Origin: Candidatus Dormiibacterota bacterium
Lineage (GTDB): Archaea > Thermoproteota > Bathyarchaeia > 40CM-2-53-6
DNA: 64,000 bases
Assembly: GCA_035637535.1 (NCBI GenBank)
Contig: DASPWZ010000049.1
Span: forward strand, 42,539 to 106,538
Direction: 5' to 3'
A model generated the notes under the pieces. It was not told the DNA's origin, did no database searches, and saw nothing but the letters and a program-made list of their open reading frames with translations. Each line of letters begins with the position of its first letter. The first letter of the stretch is position 1. The position numbers and the translations under genes are program-made. Of the stretch, positions 55,489 through 64,000 are shown piece after piece.

Positions 55489-56493
55489 TTGGCCCAGCGC
55501 ACTCTCTCTCTTGAGATTAGAGGATTCGAAGATTCTGATTACCGGAGGTTGGCGGAAATCTATGATGCGATCTTTCCTGAGCGAGCGAGGAGCGTTGAGG
55601 AGTGGCGATTTTACGATGATAGTCTCGACAAGACAAAGTACTATTTCAAACGTTATGCCTGCATAAACTCCTCAACCGGTGTAGCTCTGGGTTTTGGAGA
55701 GATGTGGAATCCTCCGTGGATGTTTCATCCCAAAAAATTCTGGTTCGACGGCTGGGTCGATCCGAAGCACCACGGCCAGGGCATTGGTAGTGCGATCTAC
55801 GATAGGCTCAAGGATGACTTTGATGAGCGTAGTGCGACTGCCGCCTGGATGGGGATTCGAGAGAATATGACACGATCCATCGCCTTCGCGCAAAAGCGGG
55901 GATTCAACGAAAAAATGCGGGGCTGGGAGTCAACCATCGACCCATACCAAGTAAACACTTCAGAGTTCCAAAAATATTCGACTAAGGCTTCTCAGGCTGG
56001 AATCGAGTTCTCGACCCTTGAGCAGGAACTACGGGAGGATCCAAGGTGTTACACTAAGCTGTACCAGCTTGTGCAGACCGCGTTCAGAGATGTGCCGATA
56101 GCTGACACCCCTACAGACACTCCTTATGATCAGTGGCTTGCCTTTGAGATGAAGAACCCTAACCTCATTCCTCAAGCGTATATGATAGCGAAAGATGGGG
56201 ACAAGTACGTCGGGACCAGTGTCGTTTGGCGGTTGAAGAAGGAGCCCAGAAGCCTCTACCAAGGCCTAACGGGAGTTCTACGGGAGTATCGAGGAAAAGG
56301 AATTGCCGTAGCCTTGAAGTTGAGGGTCCTAGATTTTGCCCGGAAGAACGGATTTGATAATATCCGAACCTTCAACGCATCCACCAACGAAGGCATGCTC
56401 AGCATCAACATGAAACTGGGATTCAAGCGAGATCTCGCCTGGATTACTTTCGAGAAGAAGCGGGAGCAGGAAAGATCTTCGAAAGATCAATGA
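55489..56493 (+). CDS. Tandem GNAT acetyltransferase
   Basis: VDPKHHGQGIG and TGVLREYRGKGIA acetyl-CoA motifs, N..ML.IN.KLGF. Confidence 0.9.
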   Translation: MAQRTLSLEIRGFEDSDYRRLAEIYDAIFPERARSVEEWRFYDDSLDKTKYYFKRYACINSSTGVALGFGEMWNPPWMFHPKKFWFDGWVDPKHHGQGIGSAIYDRLKDDFDERSATAAWMGIRENMTRSIAFAQKRGFNEKMRGWESTIDPYQVNTSEFQKYSTKASQAGIEFSTLEQELREDPRCYTKLYQLVQTAFRDVPIADTPTDTPYDQWLAFEMKNPNLIPQAYMIAKDGDKYVGTSVVWRLKKEPRSLYQGLTGVLREYRGKGIAVALKLRVLDFARKNGFDNIRTFNASTNEGMLSINMKLGFKRDLAWITFEKKREQERSSKDQ

Positions 56494-57605
56494 CACTACC
56501 CGTTCTAAGGCTGAAAGGCTCGCCGTACGAGATAGGATACCGACACGGACAATTTGCCCGAGACAGGATTGAACGCAATCTCGAGGTCTACTTCCGCCGT
56601 TTCAAGAATGAAACTGCGCTCTCAAGAGACGAGGCGCTTAGGCGCGCTGAAAAGTACTTGCAGGTCATCCGACGCGGCAGTCCCGGCTACGCTCGCGCGA
56701 TGGAGGGAGTCGCCTTAGGCTCGAAGACAAAATTGTTAGAGATTACTGCATTGAACGTTCGATACGAACTGATGTACAGCCAGTTCGCCAAGATCGGATT
56801 GAAACCTATACCACGAGTAGATGGCTGTACGGCGTTCGGGGCGATGCCCGAGGTAACTGTGAATCGTCACCTGCTGATGGCCCAGAACTGGGACTGGATT
56901 CCCCAGATAGAAGGACTCTTTCTCAAGATTCGACCCACTACCGGTCCCAACGTCCTCTGCTTCACCGAGGCAGGGGTAGTTGGGGGAAAGATAGGCTTGA
57001 ACTCTGAAGGAATAGGACTAGCGATTAATGGACTGATCTCGAACAAGGATGACTGGGAGAGACTGCGAAAACCGTTCCACGTGAGATGCTCGGAAATTCT
57101 CGGATCGAAGACTCTCTCACAAGCAGTCTCAAGAATAACCCGAGGAGAGAGATCCTGTTCTGCAAACTTTCTGATTGGGCAACAAACGAAGTTGGGGGCC
57201 GGAAAGATTGTAGATGTTGAATCCGCTCCCGAAGCGACCGGAGCGTTCTCTCCAGAGGAGGGGATCTTGGCCCATACGAATCATTTCCAGAACCCAGAAC
57301 GGTTAGGAGTCAAGCAGGTTCTGGATGAGGAACGAAGATCCACGTTGCATCGCTTCGCTAGGATAACCCAGCTTCTCAGGCAGATGAGAAATGGAAACAG
57401 GAAGATGAGCATGACGAGAGCTGAAGATATGTTGAGGGACCATGATGGCAAGCCAGAGTCTGTCTGCCGCCACGAAAACAATTCATTTCCCGCGGACCAG
57501 AGATATCGCACGGTCGTCTCTGTAGTTATGGACCTTTACACGGGACAGCTCCAGACCACTCTAGGCTCACCATGCGAGAGAGAGTATCAGACACTTCGAC
57601 TCTGA
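56490..57605 (+). CDS. C45 family Ntn-hydrolase (acyl-CoA:6-APA acyltransferase-like)
   Basis: DG|CT autocleavage site, AQNWDW, GLNSEG, HTNHF; ATGA overlap with the GNAT gene. Confidence 0.9.
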   Translation: MTLPVLRLKGSPYEIGYRHGQFARDRIERNLEVYFRRFKNETALSRDEALRRAEKYLQVIRRGSPGYARAMEGVALGSKTKLLEITALNVRYELMYSQFAKIGLKPIPRVDGCTAFGAMPEVTVNRHLLMAQNWDWIPQIEGLFLKIRPTTGPNVLCFTEAGVVGGKIGLNSEGIGLAINGLISNKDDWERLRKPFHVRCSEILGSKTLSQAVSRITRGERSCSANFLIGQQTKLGAGKIVDVESAPEATGAFSPEEGILAHTNHFQNPERLGVKQVLDEERRSTLHRFARITQLLRQMRNGNRKMSMTRAEDMLRDHDGKPESVCRHENNSFPADQRYRTVVSVVMDLYTGQLQTTLGSPCEREYQTLRL

Positions 57606-57704
57606 CAACTGAGTTTGGACTAAATTGGCTGAGACCAAAATGTCTCAGCACTCGAGTGAGTGCGACAATTGAAAGAAAGGGGGTAACCGTTCTTAGGAGA
57701 ACGG

Positions 57705-58301
57705 TTAGTCGTCGCTTTGTACGGCCTGGTCATTCTGCTCGTCCTGTTCGTGCACTAGTTGACCTCTAATCTCTCCACCTGTGTGGGCAGTGGTGTGCAC
57801 GTTAACGTAAGTATTCCCGGCAATTAGGGCGTTGATGAAGTCGGTCCACGTGTTGATTCCTACGTCGGGGCGAGCTACGAGGTTGCCTGACGTTCGAGTG
57901 CCCTCGGCGAGAGTGTCGCATCCTCTTGTGCTATTGAATGGAGTCGGAGAGCCAAAGAAGGGTAGAACGACTGGTCCGTTGGTACCCGCGGCGCCGACGT
58001 GGATGTGCGAAGCTATGACGTTAACGATGTTGCAAACTACTACTTCGAATGATAGAGTGGTGTTGTCTTCGCTGAGTTGGACTTCGGCAAATCCGAACGC
58101 CATAGTGTTGACTGCTGGCACCTGCTGGTCGCCCGTTAGGCGAATGTGGAATCGTATCGTAAGCCCTTCATGACTGGTCTCTTGGGCAGTCTGGTGGTGG
58201 GCGCCTTCGTTTTGGCCATTATCGTCAGCATTTGCAAGATGAGGCAGTGCTGCTAGCACTCCAAGCGTGACGAGAAGAAGCAAGGGTAGAAGTATTTTCA
58301 A
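57705..58301 (-). CDS. Secreted CHRD domain protein
   Basis: LTGDQQVPAV, ASHIH.GAAGTNGPVV, YVNVHT....GEIRGQL; TTG start tentative (alternative ATG 58370). Confidence 0.9.
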   Translation of the reverse strand: MKILLPLLLLVTLGVLAALPHLANADDNGQNEGAHHQTAQETSHEGLTIRFHIRLTGDQQVPAVNTMAFGFAEVQLSEDNTTLSFEVVVCNIVNVIASHIHVGAAGTNGPVVLPFFGSPTPFNSTRGCDTLAEGTRTSGNLVARPDVGINTWTDFINALIAGNTYVNVHTTAHTGGEIRGQLVHEQDEQNDQAVQSDD

Positions 58302-58522
58302 ACCAAAACCCTCGTGTGCAGCCTCATTCTTTGCAAATTTAACGCTTTCCAACGCGGCGTTTGAGAGCATGCTATATCTGTGCGCCCCTGCCTCGGGATA
58401 TCCAGAGACAGAAAAGATGGTCTGATAGCTTGGAGCGACAACCTTCGAGACGGTACGGTCGAATCGCAAGGCAGTTTCTCAAGTCTACGGCTTATTAGCG
58501 AAGGTTCGGCACCGCACTACCA

Positions 58523-59425
58523 GTGGTCTCTCTGTCATTGCTCCAAGCAGTCGAAGGTACACAGCTTAGCGTAGACACTAGCAAGCAGCACCTTGCACCA
58601 TTCGTCAAATGGGCCGGAGGAAAAACAAGTCTTCTACCTGATCTATTGCCACATGTCCGACACCGTCTAACAAGTTACTATGAGCCATTTCTGGGCGGGG
58701 GAGCGCTCTTTTTTGGAATATGCGCGCGGACCACAAGCTTCAGCGCACACCTGTCTGACACTAACCAGGAACTCATCGCAGCATACAGAGTTATCAAAGA
58801 ATCCCCGGAGGAACTGATACGCGTCCTTTCGAGATTGCAGGGAGAGTACGAATCAGCAGTAGACAAGGGCGCTTATTTCTACCAGAAGAGAGATTGGCGA
58901 CCCCTTGATCGCATCGAGTCAGCCGCCCGACTAATCTTTCTGAACAAGACCTGCTACAACGGTCTTTACAGAGTGAACTCGAAGGGCGAGTTCAACGCGC
59001 CCTTCGGCAGGTACAAGAACCCTAGGATACTCAATTCTGACGTCATTCGCGCGGCCAGTCACGTACTCAAAAACACGAAAGCTGAGTTGCGTAGCATTGA
59101 TTACAAGGATGCACTTGCCCCATGTGGCAAGGCCGATTTCATCTATCTAGATCCTCCTTATCAACCGCCAACCAAGACTTCCTCCTTCACGGACTACACT
59201 CCGGGCGGTTTTTCCGAGAACGACCAAAAAGAATTGGCTGAAGAATTCGGGAAATTGGTTGACAGAGGCTGCACAGTTGTTTTGTCAAATTCCGAGACAT
59301 CATTGACCAGGCATCTATACGATGATTTTGACATAAGGAAGGTCACTGTAAATCGGCCAATCAACTCTGTTGGAGCGGGAAGGACTGGCTACAAAGAATT
59401 AATTGTTCTTGGGCGTCCACGATGA
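58523..59425 (+). CDS. dam: Dam-family (D12 class) N6-adenine DNA methyltransferase, orphan
   Basis: KWAGGK, EPFLGGG, LNKTCYNGLYRVN, YLDPPY. Confidence 0.93.
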   Translation: MVSLSLLQAVEGTQLSVDTSKQHLAPFVKWAGGKTSLLPDLLPHVRHRLTSYYEPFLGGGALFFGICARTTSFSAHLSDTNQELIAAYRVIKESPEELIRVLSRLQGEYESAVDKGAYFYQKRDWRPLDRIESAARLIFLNKTCYNGLYRVNSKGEFNAPFGRYKNPRILNSDVIRAASHVLKNTKAELRSIDYKDALAPCGKADFIYLDPPYQPPTKTSSFTDYTPGGFSENDQKELAEEFGKLVDRGCTVVLSNSETSLTRHLYDDFDIRKVTVNRPINSVGAGRTGYKELIVLGRPR

Positions 59426-59557
59426 ATTGGGACTGGGTTGTTAAGGCAACCTTGGTTTAGGACATGTCAGACCCCTTCTTCCGAGATGCTTTTCTTCAGA
59501 AGAGATAGTCCGAGATTTGACTTTCTTCGAACGTTTTTATCGCTCACTTCTTGAGTT

Positions 59558-60514
59558 TTGCATTCATCTTTGTTTGCAGTGGAGACTCTCAGCCTTTCGA
59601 AGAGATATGGAAAGACGGATGCTCTTCGAGAGCTGAACTTTACCGTCGACGAGGGCGAGATAATGGTAATTCTAGGCCCTAACGGGTCTGGGAAGACCAC
59701 TCTCCTGATGATCCTCTGCACCATTCTCAAGCCAACATCTGGCACCGCGAAAGTGATGGGGATCGATGTTGTCGAGGAGGGCACGAAGGTTCGCGAGGTT
59801 ATGGGAATAGCCTTCCAGGAAGCCCGAGGGTTCTGGCGTCACAAGCCTTCCTCAATATTGAGATTTCATGCTTCCATGTTCGACATCGACCCTATGAAGC
59901 GTCAGGACCTCATTGAACAGACGATGAAGGACTTGGAATTGTGGGAATCTCGTGACAAGAAGTTCATGCATCTCTCTGGAGGCCAAGCTAAGAGGCTAGA
60001 GACGGCTAAGGTGCTGGTCCAGAGACCCAAGCTGGCAATTTTCGATGAGCCAACCAGCCAGGTGGATTTGAGAGGCAAACGGAAGATATGGGACAAGATT
60101 AGAGAGCTGAGAGATCAAGGGTCCACGGTGATCGTTGCTACAAATGAAGTGAGGGAGGCAGAGTATCTCGCAGACAGAGTAACGATTCTCCACCAGGGCC
60201 ACCTAGTGGTGCGTGACTCAATTCCAAAGTTGAAGGACGCGATCGCCGGTGGAGATGTGGTCGAGGTAGGCTTCGAAGACCCTGTTACAGACAACCTCGT
60301 GGCTGAGCTCAAAGGCCTTGGTGGGGCGCTTGCTTTGTCTCCAGAAGGTAACGAGTTGCGGGCAAAGGTTTCGAGGGCGGAGGACTGGGTTCCGAAAATG
60401 ACCTCTGCCAGTTACAACTTGGGCGCGAAAATCTCGTCGATCAAAATAACAGAGCCGTCTCTCGATGACGTCTTCATTCACTTCACAGGCAAAGCCCTGA
60501 TTGACCAACAATGA
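59558..60514 (+). CDS. ABC-2 type exporter ATP-binding subunit
   Basis: GPNGSGKT, LSGGQ, FDEPT, EPSLDDVF. Confidence 0.93.
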   Translation: MHSSLFAVETLSLSKRYGKTDALRELNFTVDEGEIMVILGPNGSGKTTLLMILCTILKPTSGTAKVMGIDVVEEGTKVREVMGIAFQEARGFWRHKPSSILRFHASMFDIDPMKRQDLIEQTMKDLELWESRDKKFMHLSGGQAKRLETAKVLVQRPKLAIFDEPTSQVDLRGKRKIWDKIRELRDQGSTVIVATNEVREAEYLADRVTILHQGHLVVRDSIPKLKDAIAGGDVVEVGFEDPVTDNLVAELKGLGGALALSPEGNELRAKVSRAEDWVPKMTSASYNLGAKISSIKITEPSLDDVFIHFTGKALIDQQ

Positions 60515-61275
60515 ATCGAGTACTGAATCTCGCAGCGTTCAACATCAGAGTTCTTCTGGGGGATCCAACTTGGTTCATTCTTTCTTGGGCTCTCTTCGCA
60601 TTACAACTAGCAATCTACGGGTCCCTCATATCCCGACTTGTAGGCTCGAACCTACCGAACTATTTCTTCTTCTACAGCATCGGACTAATGATAATTGTCG
60701 TCTTCGAATCGGCAGAAGACGTAGGTCGACACTTCGTCGAACACGCCCACGAAGGAGAACTACCATACTTCCTATCTCTCCCCGTCTCAAGGAGTGGATT
60801 CCTGGTCGCCCAGGCAATTTACGGAGTGGTGAACACGCTGGTGAAAGTAGCGCCGCCGCTGCTAGCAGTCCTTTTCATCTGGGGAAATCTGACAGTCTCG
60901 GGCGCTCTCTTCGCCCTAGCAGCGCTGTTTCTTCTGGGATTGGGTATCACCGGGACGATGGTATCTCTGTCTTTCATCGCTTTCAAAGCGGTGGACATCT
61001 ACATGGCGGTCTTGGCGGGACTCTCTGCTCTTCTGATCAGATTCAGCACCGTCTTCTACCCTCTTGCCATAATGCCCAATTATTACTCTCCGGTCTCCGT
61101 TCTCAGTCCACTAACATATGGAGCCGACCTGACCAGGTGGGTTCTAGGCTTCGATCCAAAATACTTGCTCAATCCGGTGCTGGCTGCAGTTGTAGTCACG
61201 GCAATAGCGGTTAGTACTCTGTCTCTCAGCGCGAGGATCGTGGACAAGATCATAGAAGGAGTCAAGGCAGCTTGA
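60511..61275 (+). CDS. ABC-2 permease
   Basis: 6 TM, FSTVFYP, SPLTYGAD; ATGA overlap. Confidence 0.88.
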   Translation: MNRVLNLAAFNIRVLLGDPTWFILSWALFALQLAIYGSLISRLVGSNLPNYFFFYSIGLMIIVVFESAEDVGRHFVEHAHEGELPYFLSLPVSRSGFLVAQAIYGVVNTLVKVAPPLLAVLFIWGNLTVSGALFALAALFLLGLGITGTMVSLSFIAFKAVDIYMAVLAGLSALLIRFSTVFYPLAIMPNYYSPVSVLSPLTYGADLTRWVLGFDPKYLLNPVLAAVVVTAIAVSTLSLSARIVDKIIEGVKAA

Positions 61276-62045
61276 GCGAGTTCTCTCGCCTCCTCTTGGT
61301 CGCCCGGACTGATTTTTCATACTTCTTCAGAACCAAGTGGCTGATGGCCGTGTTGATTAGCCTCAGCCTATCCGACATGCTCGTAACTGCCCTAGTTATG
61401 GGGAGGATGATCAGCCCCGGATATTTCTCATTCTTAGTTCCGGGTATAGTGACCGTGGGATTGTTCACCGCGGCCACGGACACCGGACGGAGAATCTGGT
61501 TGGCCTTGCGTGAGGGAGTGGTCCAATACTACATGACTCTGCCAATCAGAACATCGGGACTGGTTGTCGCCTACATCATTTCCGGAGGCCTTGGAGGAGT
61601 GGTCTACTCATCAGTGCTTCTGATAATCGCCTCTTTCGCAGTTCATCCTCAGAATATCCTAAACGCTATCCTTCTGCTTCCTTTCATGTTCGTACTCGCA
61701 ACGGGAATCGCCGGTCTGGCAGCCTTCTTCGCCAGCATCTCGAGAAGGGGCGAAATATACTGGGTATATGCCCAGGCCCTCCAAGTGTCTCTCGTCACTA
61801 TAAGCACGATCTTCTACTCAGCCCAGACGATTTCCCGATACCTTCCAGGTCCAATCGCAACGATTGCCGACTATAACCCCCTCAGTCTAGCGGCTACTGC
61901 GCTTAGAGATTCTGTCTTTAGCGGCGAGTTGCTGAACACGACCTTGCTCTCTAATCTGCTTGCTACATCGCTCCCCCTCGCCGCGCTAGGTGCGTTGGCC
62001 TACTGGGTCATTCTCAGAACCCTGAGACTGAGAGGCAAGCCGTAG
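61272..62045 (+). CDS. ABC-2 permease
   Basis: YFSFLVPGI, STIFY, NPLS; TTGA overlap. Confidence 0.88.
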   Translation: MSEFSRLLLVARTDFSYFFRTKWLMAVLISLSLSDMLVTALVMGRMISPGYFSFLVPGIVTVGLFTAATDTGRRIWLALREGVVQYYMTLPIRTSGLVVAYIISGGLGGVVYSSVLLIIASFAVHPQNILNAILLLPFMFVLATGIAGLAAFFASISRRGEIYWVYAQALQVSLVTISTIFYSAQTISRYLPGPIATIADYNPLSLAATALRDSVFSGELLNTTLLSNLLATSLPLAALGALAYWVILRTLRLRGKP

Positions 62046-62070
62046 GCTGTCGCTAATTCGTGCATAGGTC

Positions 62071-63660
62071 TCAGGAATAATCCACTGGGACATCAATAAC
62101 ACTCGGCTTACGCGAGTCGAGAGCATTATCGAGGATCGATGCCAGTTCGGAAGCTCTGCTCGGACGATAGCCCTGAGCGTTGAACGACTGGGCCAATTGG
62201 ACAAAGTCTGGATTTCCAAAATCCACTCCCGAAGCGCGACCGAAACGAGCCAATTGTTTTCTCTTGATCGATCCGTACGCGTTGTCGCGGAACACGACCA
62301 CGGTAACACCCACTCGCAACCGGACAGCAGTTTCTAGTTCGTGGGCTGTCATGAGGAATCCTCCATCTCCACACACAGCAACGACTCTCCGATCAGGATG
62401 GACTAGCTTGGCGGCTATGGCTCCGGGCAGTCCGATGCCCATGCTCGCGTATCCATTGGAGATGAGTACCGTGTTCGGCTCGTATGTCGGGAATAGTCGT
62501 GAGATCCAGAGCTTATGATCTCCCACATCGCTGACGAGAATATCATCCCGCTTCAAAGCCTCTCGTAGGTCATGCAGAATCCGTTGCGGTTTCAGCGGAT
62601 ACGAGTCGTCTTGCGATTTGGCTGTGGCTTCTGCGAGAATACTGTCCCTAACAGATTTTGCGAAATTGCTGGGTCGAGGTTTGACTTGGCCCGTTAGAAT
62701 TGATAGTGTCTGGCCGATATGTCCGACTAGCTGTATGCTTGGCTGATAGTTAGTGTCAATCTCCGCGCTCGTGCTGTCCACGTGAATTATTGTCTTATCA
62801 TTCCGAGGGTTCCAGAGTGATGGAGCGTATTCGACAAGGTCGTAGCCTACGGCGAGGATCAGGTCTGCGAGCTCGAAGGCCTTGCTTACTAGTTCTTGGG
62901 AGGGCAGTCCTATCGCATAGAGACTCAGAGGGTCATCGTCAGGCAACGCTCCCTTGCCCATGAAAGTGTGGGCCACTGGAATCTTGGCCTCCGCTAGAAA
63001 CTCTCGGAAGGGCGCCGTTGACCGTGCCCTGATGATTCCGTTGCCCGCTAGGATCAGAGGTGTCTTGGCTTTGTTGATGAGTTGGGCGGCCTGTTGTATC
63101 TGACTGGTTGTCGGACGGGCCTGTTCCGGACCAGCAATCTGAGGAATCGGCGTAGTATGGGCAGTTTCGTCACCGATATCCTCCGGGACTTCTAAGTGGC
63201 ACGATCCTGGCTTCTCGGCCTCGGCGGTCCTGAAAGCCTTCCTAACAGCTTCGGGAATCGTGTCCGCCTTGAAAATCCGAGTGTTCCACTTCGTGATGGG
63301 ACGCAGAATATTCACTACGTCAACGTATTGATGGTATTCCTTGTGAAAATGCTCAAGGGCCGCCTGTCCTGTAACGGCGATTAGAGGAGCCCTGTCTACG
63401 TTAGCATCTGCGATTCCGGTCGCCAAGTTTGTGGCGCCGGGACCCAGGGTTGCTACGCAGATCCCCGGCTGACCCGTGAGACGGCCGTAGACGCCGGCCA
63501 TGAAAGCGGCGGCCTGCTCGTGCCGAACTGTGATGAGTTTGATCTTTTTCGACTGTCCTAGAGAGTCTGTGATCGCAAGGGTCTCTTCGCCGGGCACTTG
63601 GAAGACGAATTCTGTTTCTTCATTCTCAAGGCATCGGACCAACAAGTCTGATCCTTTCAA
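62071..63660 (-). CDS. Acetolactate synthase large subunit-like TPP enzyme
   Basis: VPGEE, RHEQAAAFMA, GPGATN, GDGGF...RDNAYG TPP motif. Confidence 0.93.
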   Translation of the reverse strand: MKGSDLLVRCLENEETEFVFQVPGEETLAITDSLGQSKKIKLITVRHEQAAAFMAGVYGRLTGQPGICVATLGPGATNLATGIADANVDRAPLIAVTGQAALEHFHKEYHQYVDVVNILRPITKWNTRIFKADTIPEAVRKAFRTAEAEKPGSCHLEVPEDIGDETAHTTPIPQIAGPEQARPTTSQIQQAAQLINKAKTPLILAGNGIIRARSTAPFREFLAEAKIPVAHTFMGKGALPDDDPLSLYAIGLPSQELVSKAFELADLILAVGYDLVEYAPSLWNPRNDKTIIHVDSTSAEIDTNYQPSIQLVGHIGQTLSILTGQVKPRPSNFAKSVRDSILAEATAKSQDDSYPLKPQRILHDLREALKRDDILVSDVGDHKLWISRLFPTYEPNTVLISNGYASMGIGLPGAIAAKLVHPDRRVVAVCGDGGFLMTAHELETAVRLRVGVTVVVFRDNAYGSIKRKQLARFGRASGVDFGNPDFVQLAQSFNAQGYRPSRASELASILDNALDSRKPSVIDVPVDYS

Positions 63661-63813
63661 GGGATTACGAGCTCCAGGTAGTTGCTCGATGACGTCGTAT
63701 TTAGAGGAAAGAAAGGAGAGAAGACCTGAATTCAGATCTCGCAGGTCAAATGGGCTGATAGTAGTTCGTGGTTGGAACTTAATTATGCTTCAAGCTCTAG
63801 GGACAAGATCGAA

Positions 63814-64000
63814 TTGTCTTCCAACATAGAACATCTTCTCGTGAAGAGCGTCGATGATCTGTACGAGGAATTGGGCAGGTCGCTCATCACGCCGGATTAC
63901 CCCTTGGCTGGAACAGTCACAAGGCAGAACGCAGTTCAGAGAGGCAAGTCTTTCATCTCTGGATCCTTGGAGAAGTTGAGAGCCAAGATCTGTGTCGATT
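63814..64000 (+). CDS. Hypothetical protein, 3'-truncated by window edge
   Basis: Open frame from TTG 63814 (MSSNIEHLLVKSVDDLYEELGRSL...) to the window end. Confidence 0.45.
   Translation, partial: MSSNIEHLLVKSVDDLYEELGRSLITPDYPLAGTVTRQNAVQRGKSFISGSLEKLRAKICVD

Overview
This is archaeal chromosomal DNA of a TACK-type lineage, most consistent with Bathyarchaeia. That assignment is inferred from Alba, CDC48, RadA, PolB2, Hjc, UPF0147/UPF0148, BHB tRNA introns and frequent TTG/GTG starts. Housekeeping genes include class II ribonucleotide reductase, amt, bcp, trxA, M1 aminopeptidase, alba, cdc48, a MoxR/DUF58/DUF4129 cluster, tmk, radA, msrA, an orphan dam, an ABC-2 exporter and an ilvB-like gene. 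Highlights read from the sequence: (1) three tRNA genes carrying five BHB introns, four at non-canonical sites, one splitting the His anticodon; (2) a candidate signalling island of a Roadblock-like protein, a KaiC partner, a single-domain KaiC, a stand-alone membrane sensor and an alpha/beta-hydrolase-AAA+ fusion; (3) a radA, Zn-finger iRadA, polB2 cassette with phased ANTTTC-like boxes; (4) an ArsR regulon with three promoters of the same architecture; (5) an eL22-like protein; (6) an unnamed membrane domain present both stand-alone and fused to an MFS pump; (7) a 17-residue-repeat bactofilin-like protein; (8) several small Cys-rich proteins, two of them missing from the ORF track; (9) evidence for CTG start codons; (10) a possible decayed island at the 3' end of tRNA-Leu. 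No CRISPR array, rRNA, integrase or transposase was seen. All product calls come from motif recognition by eye, without database searches.
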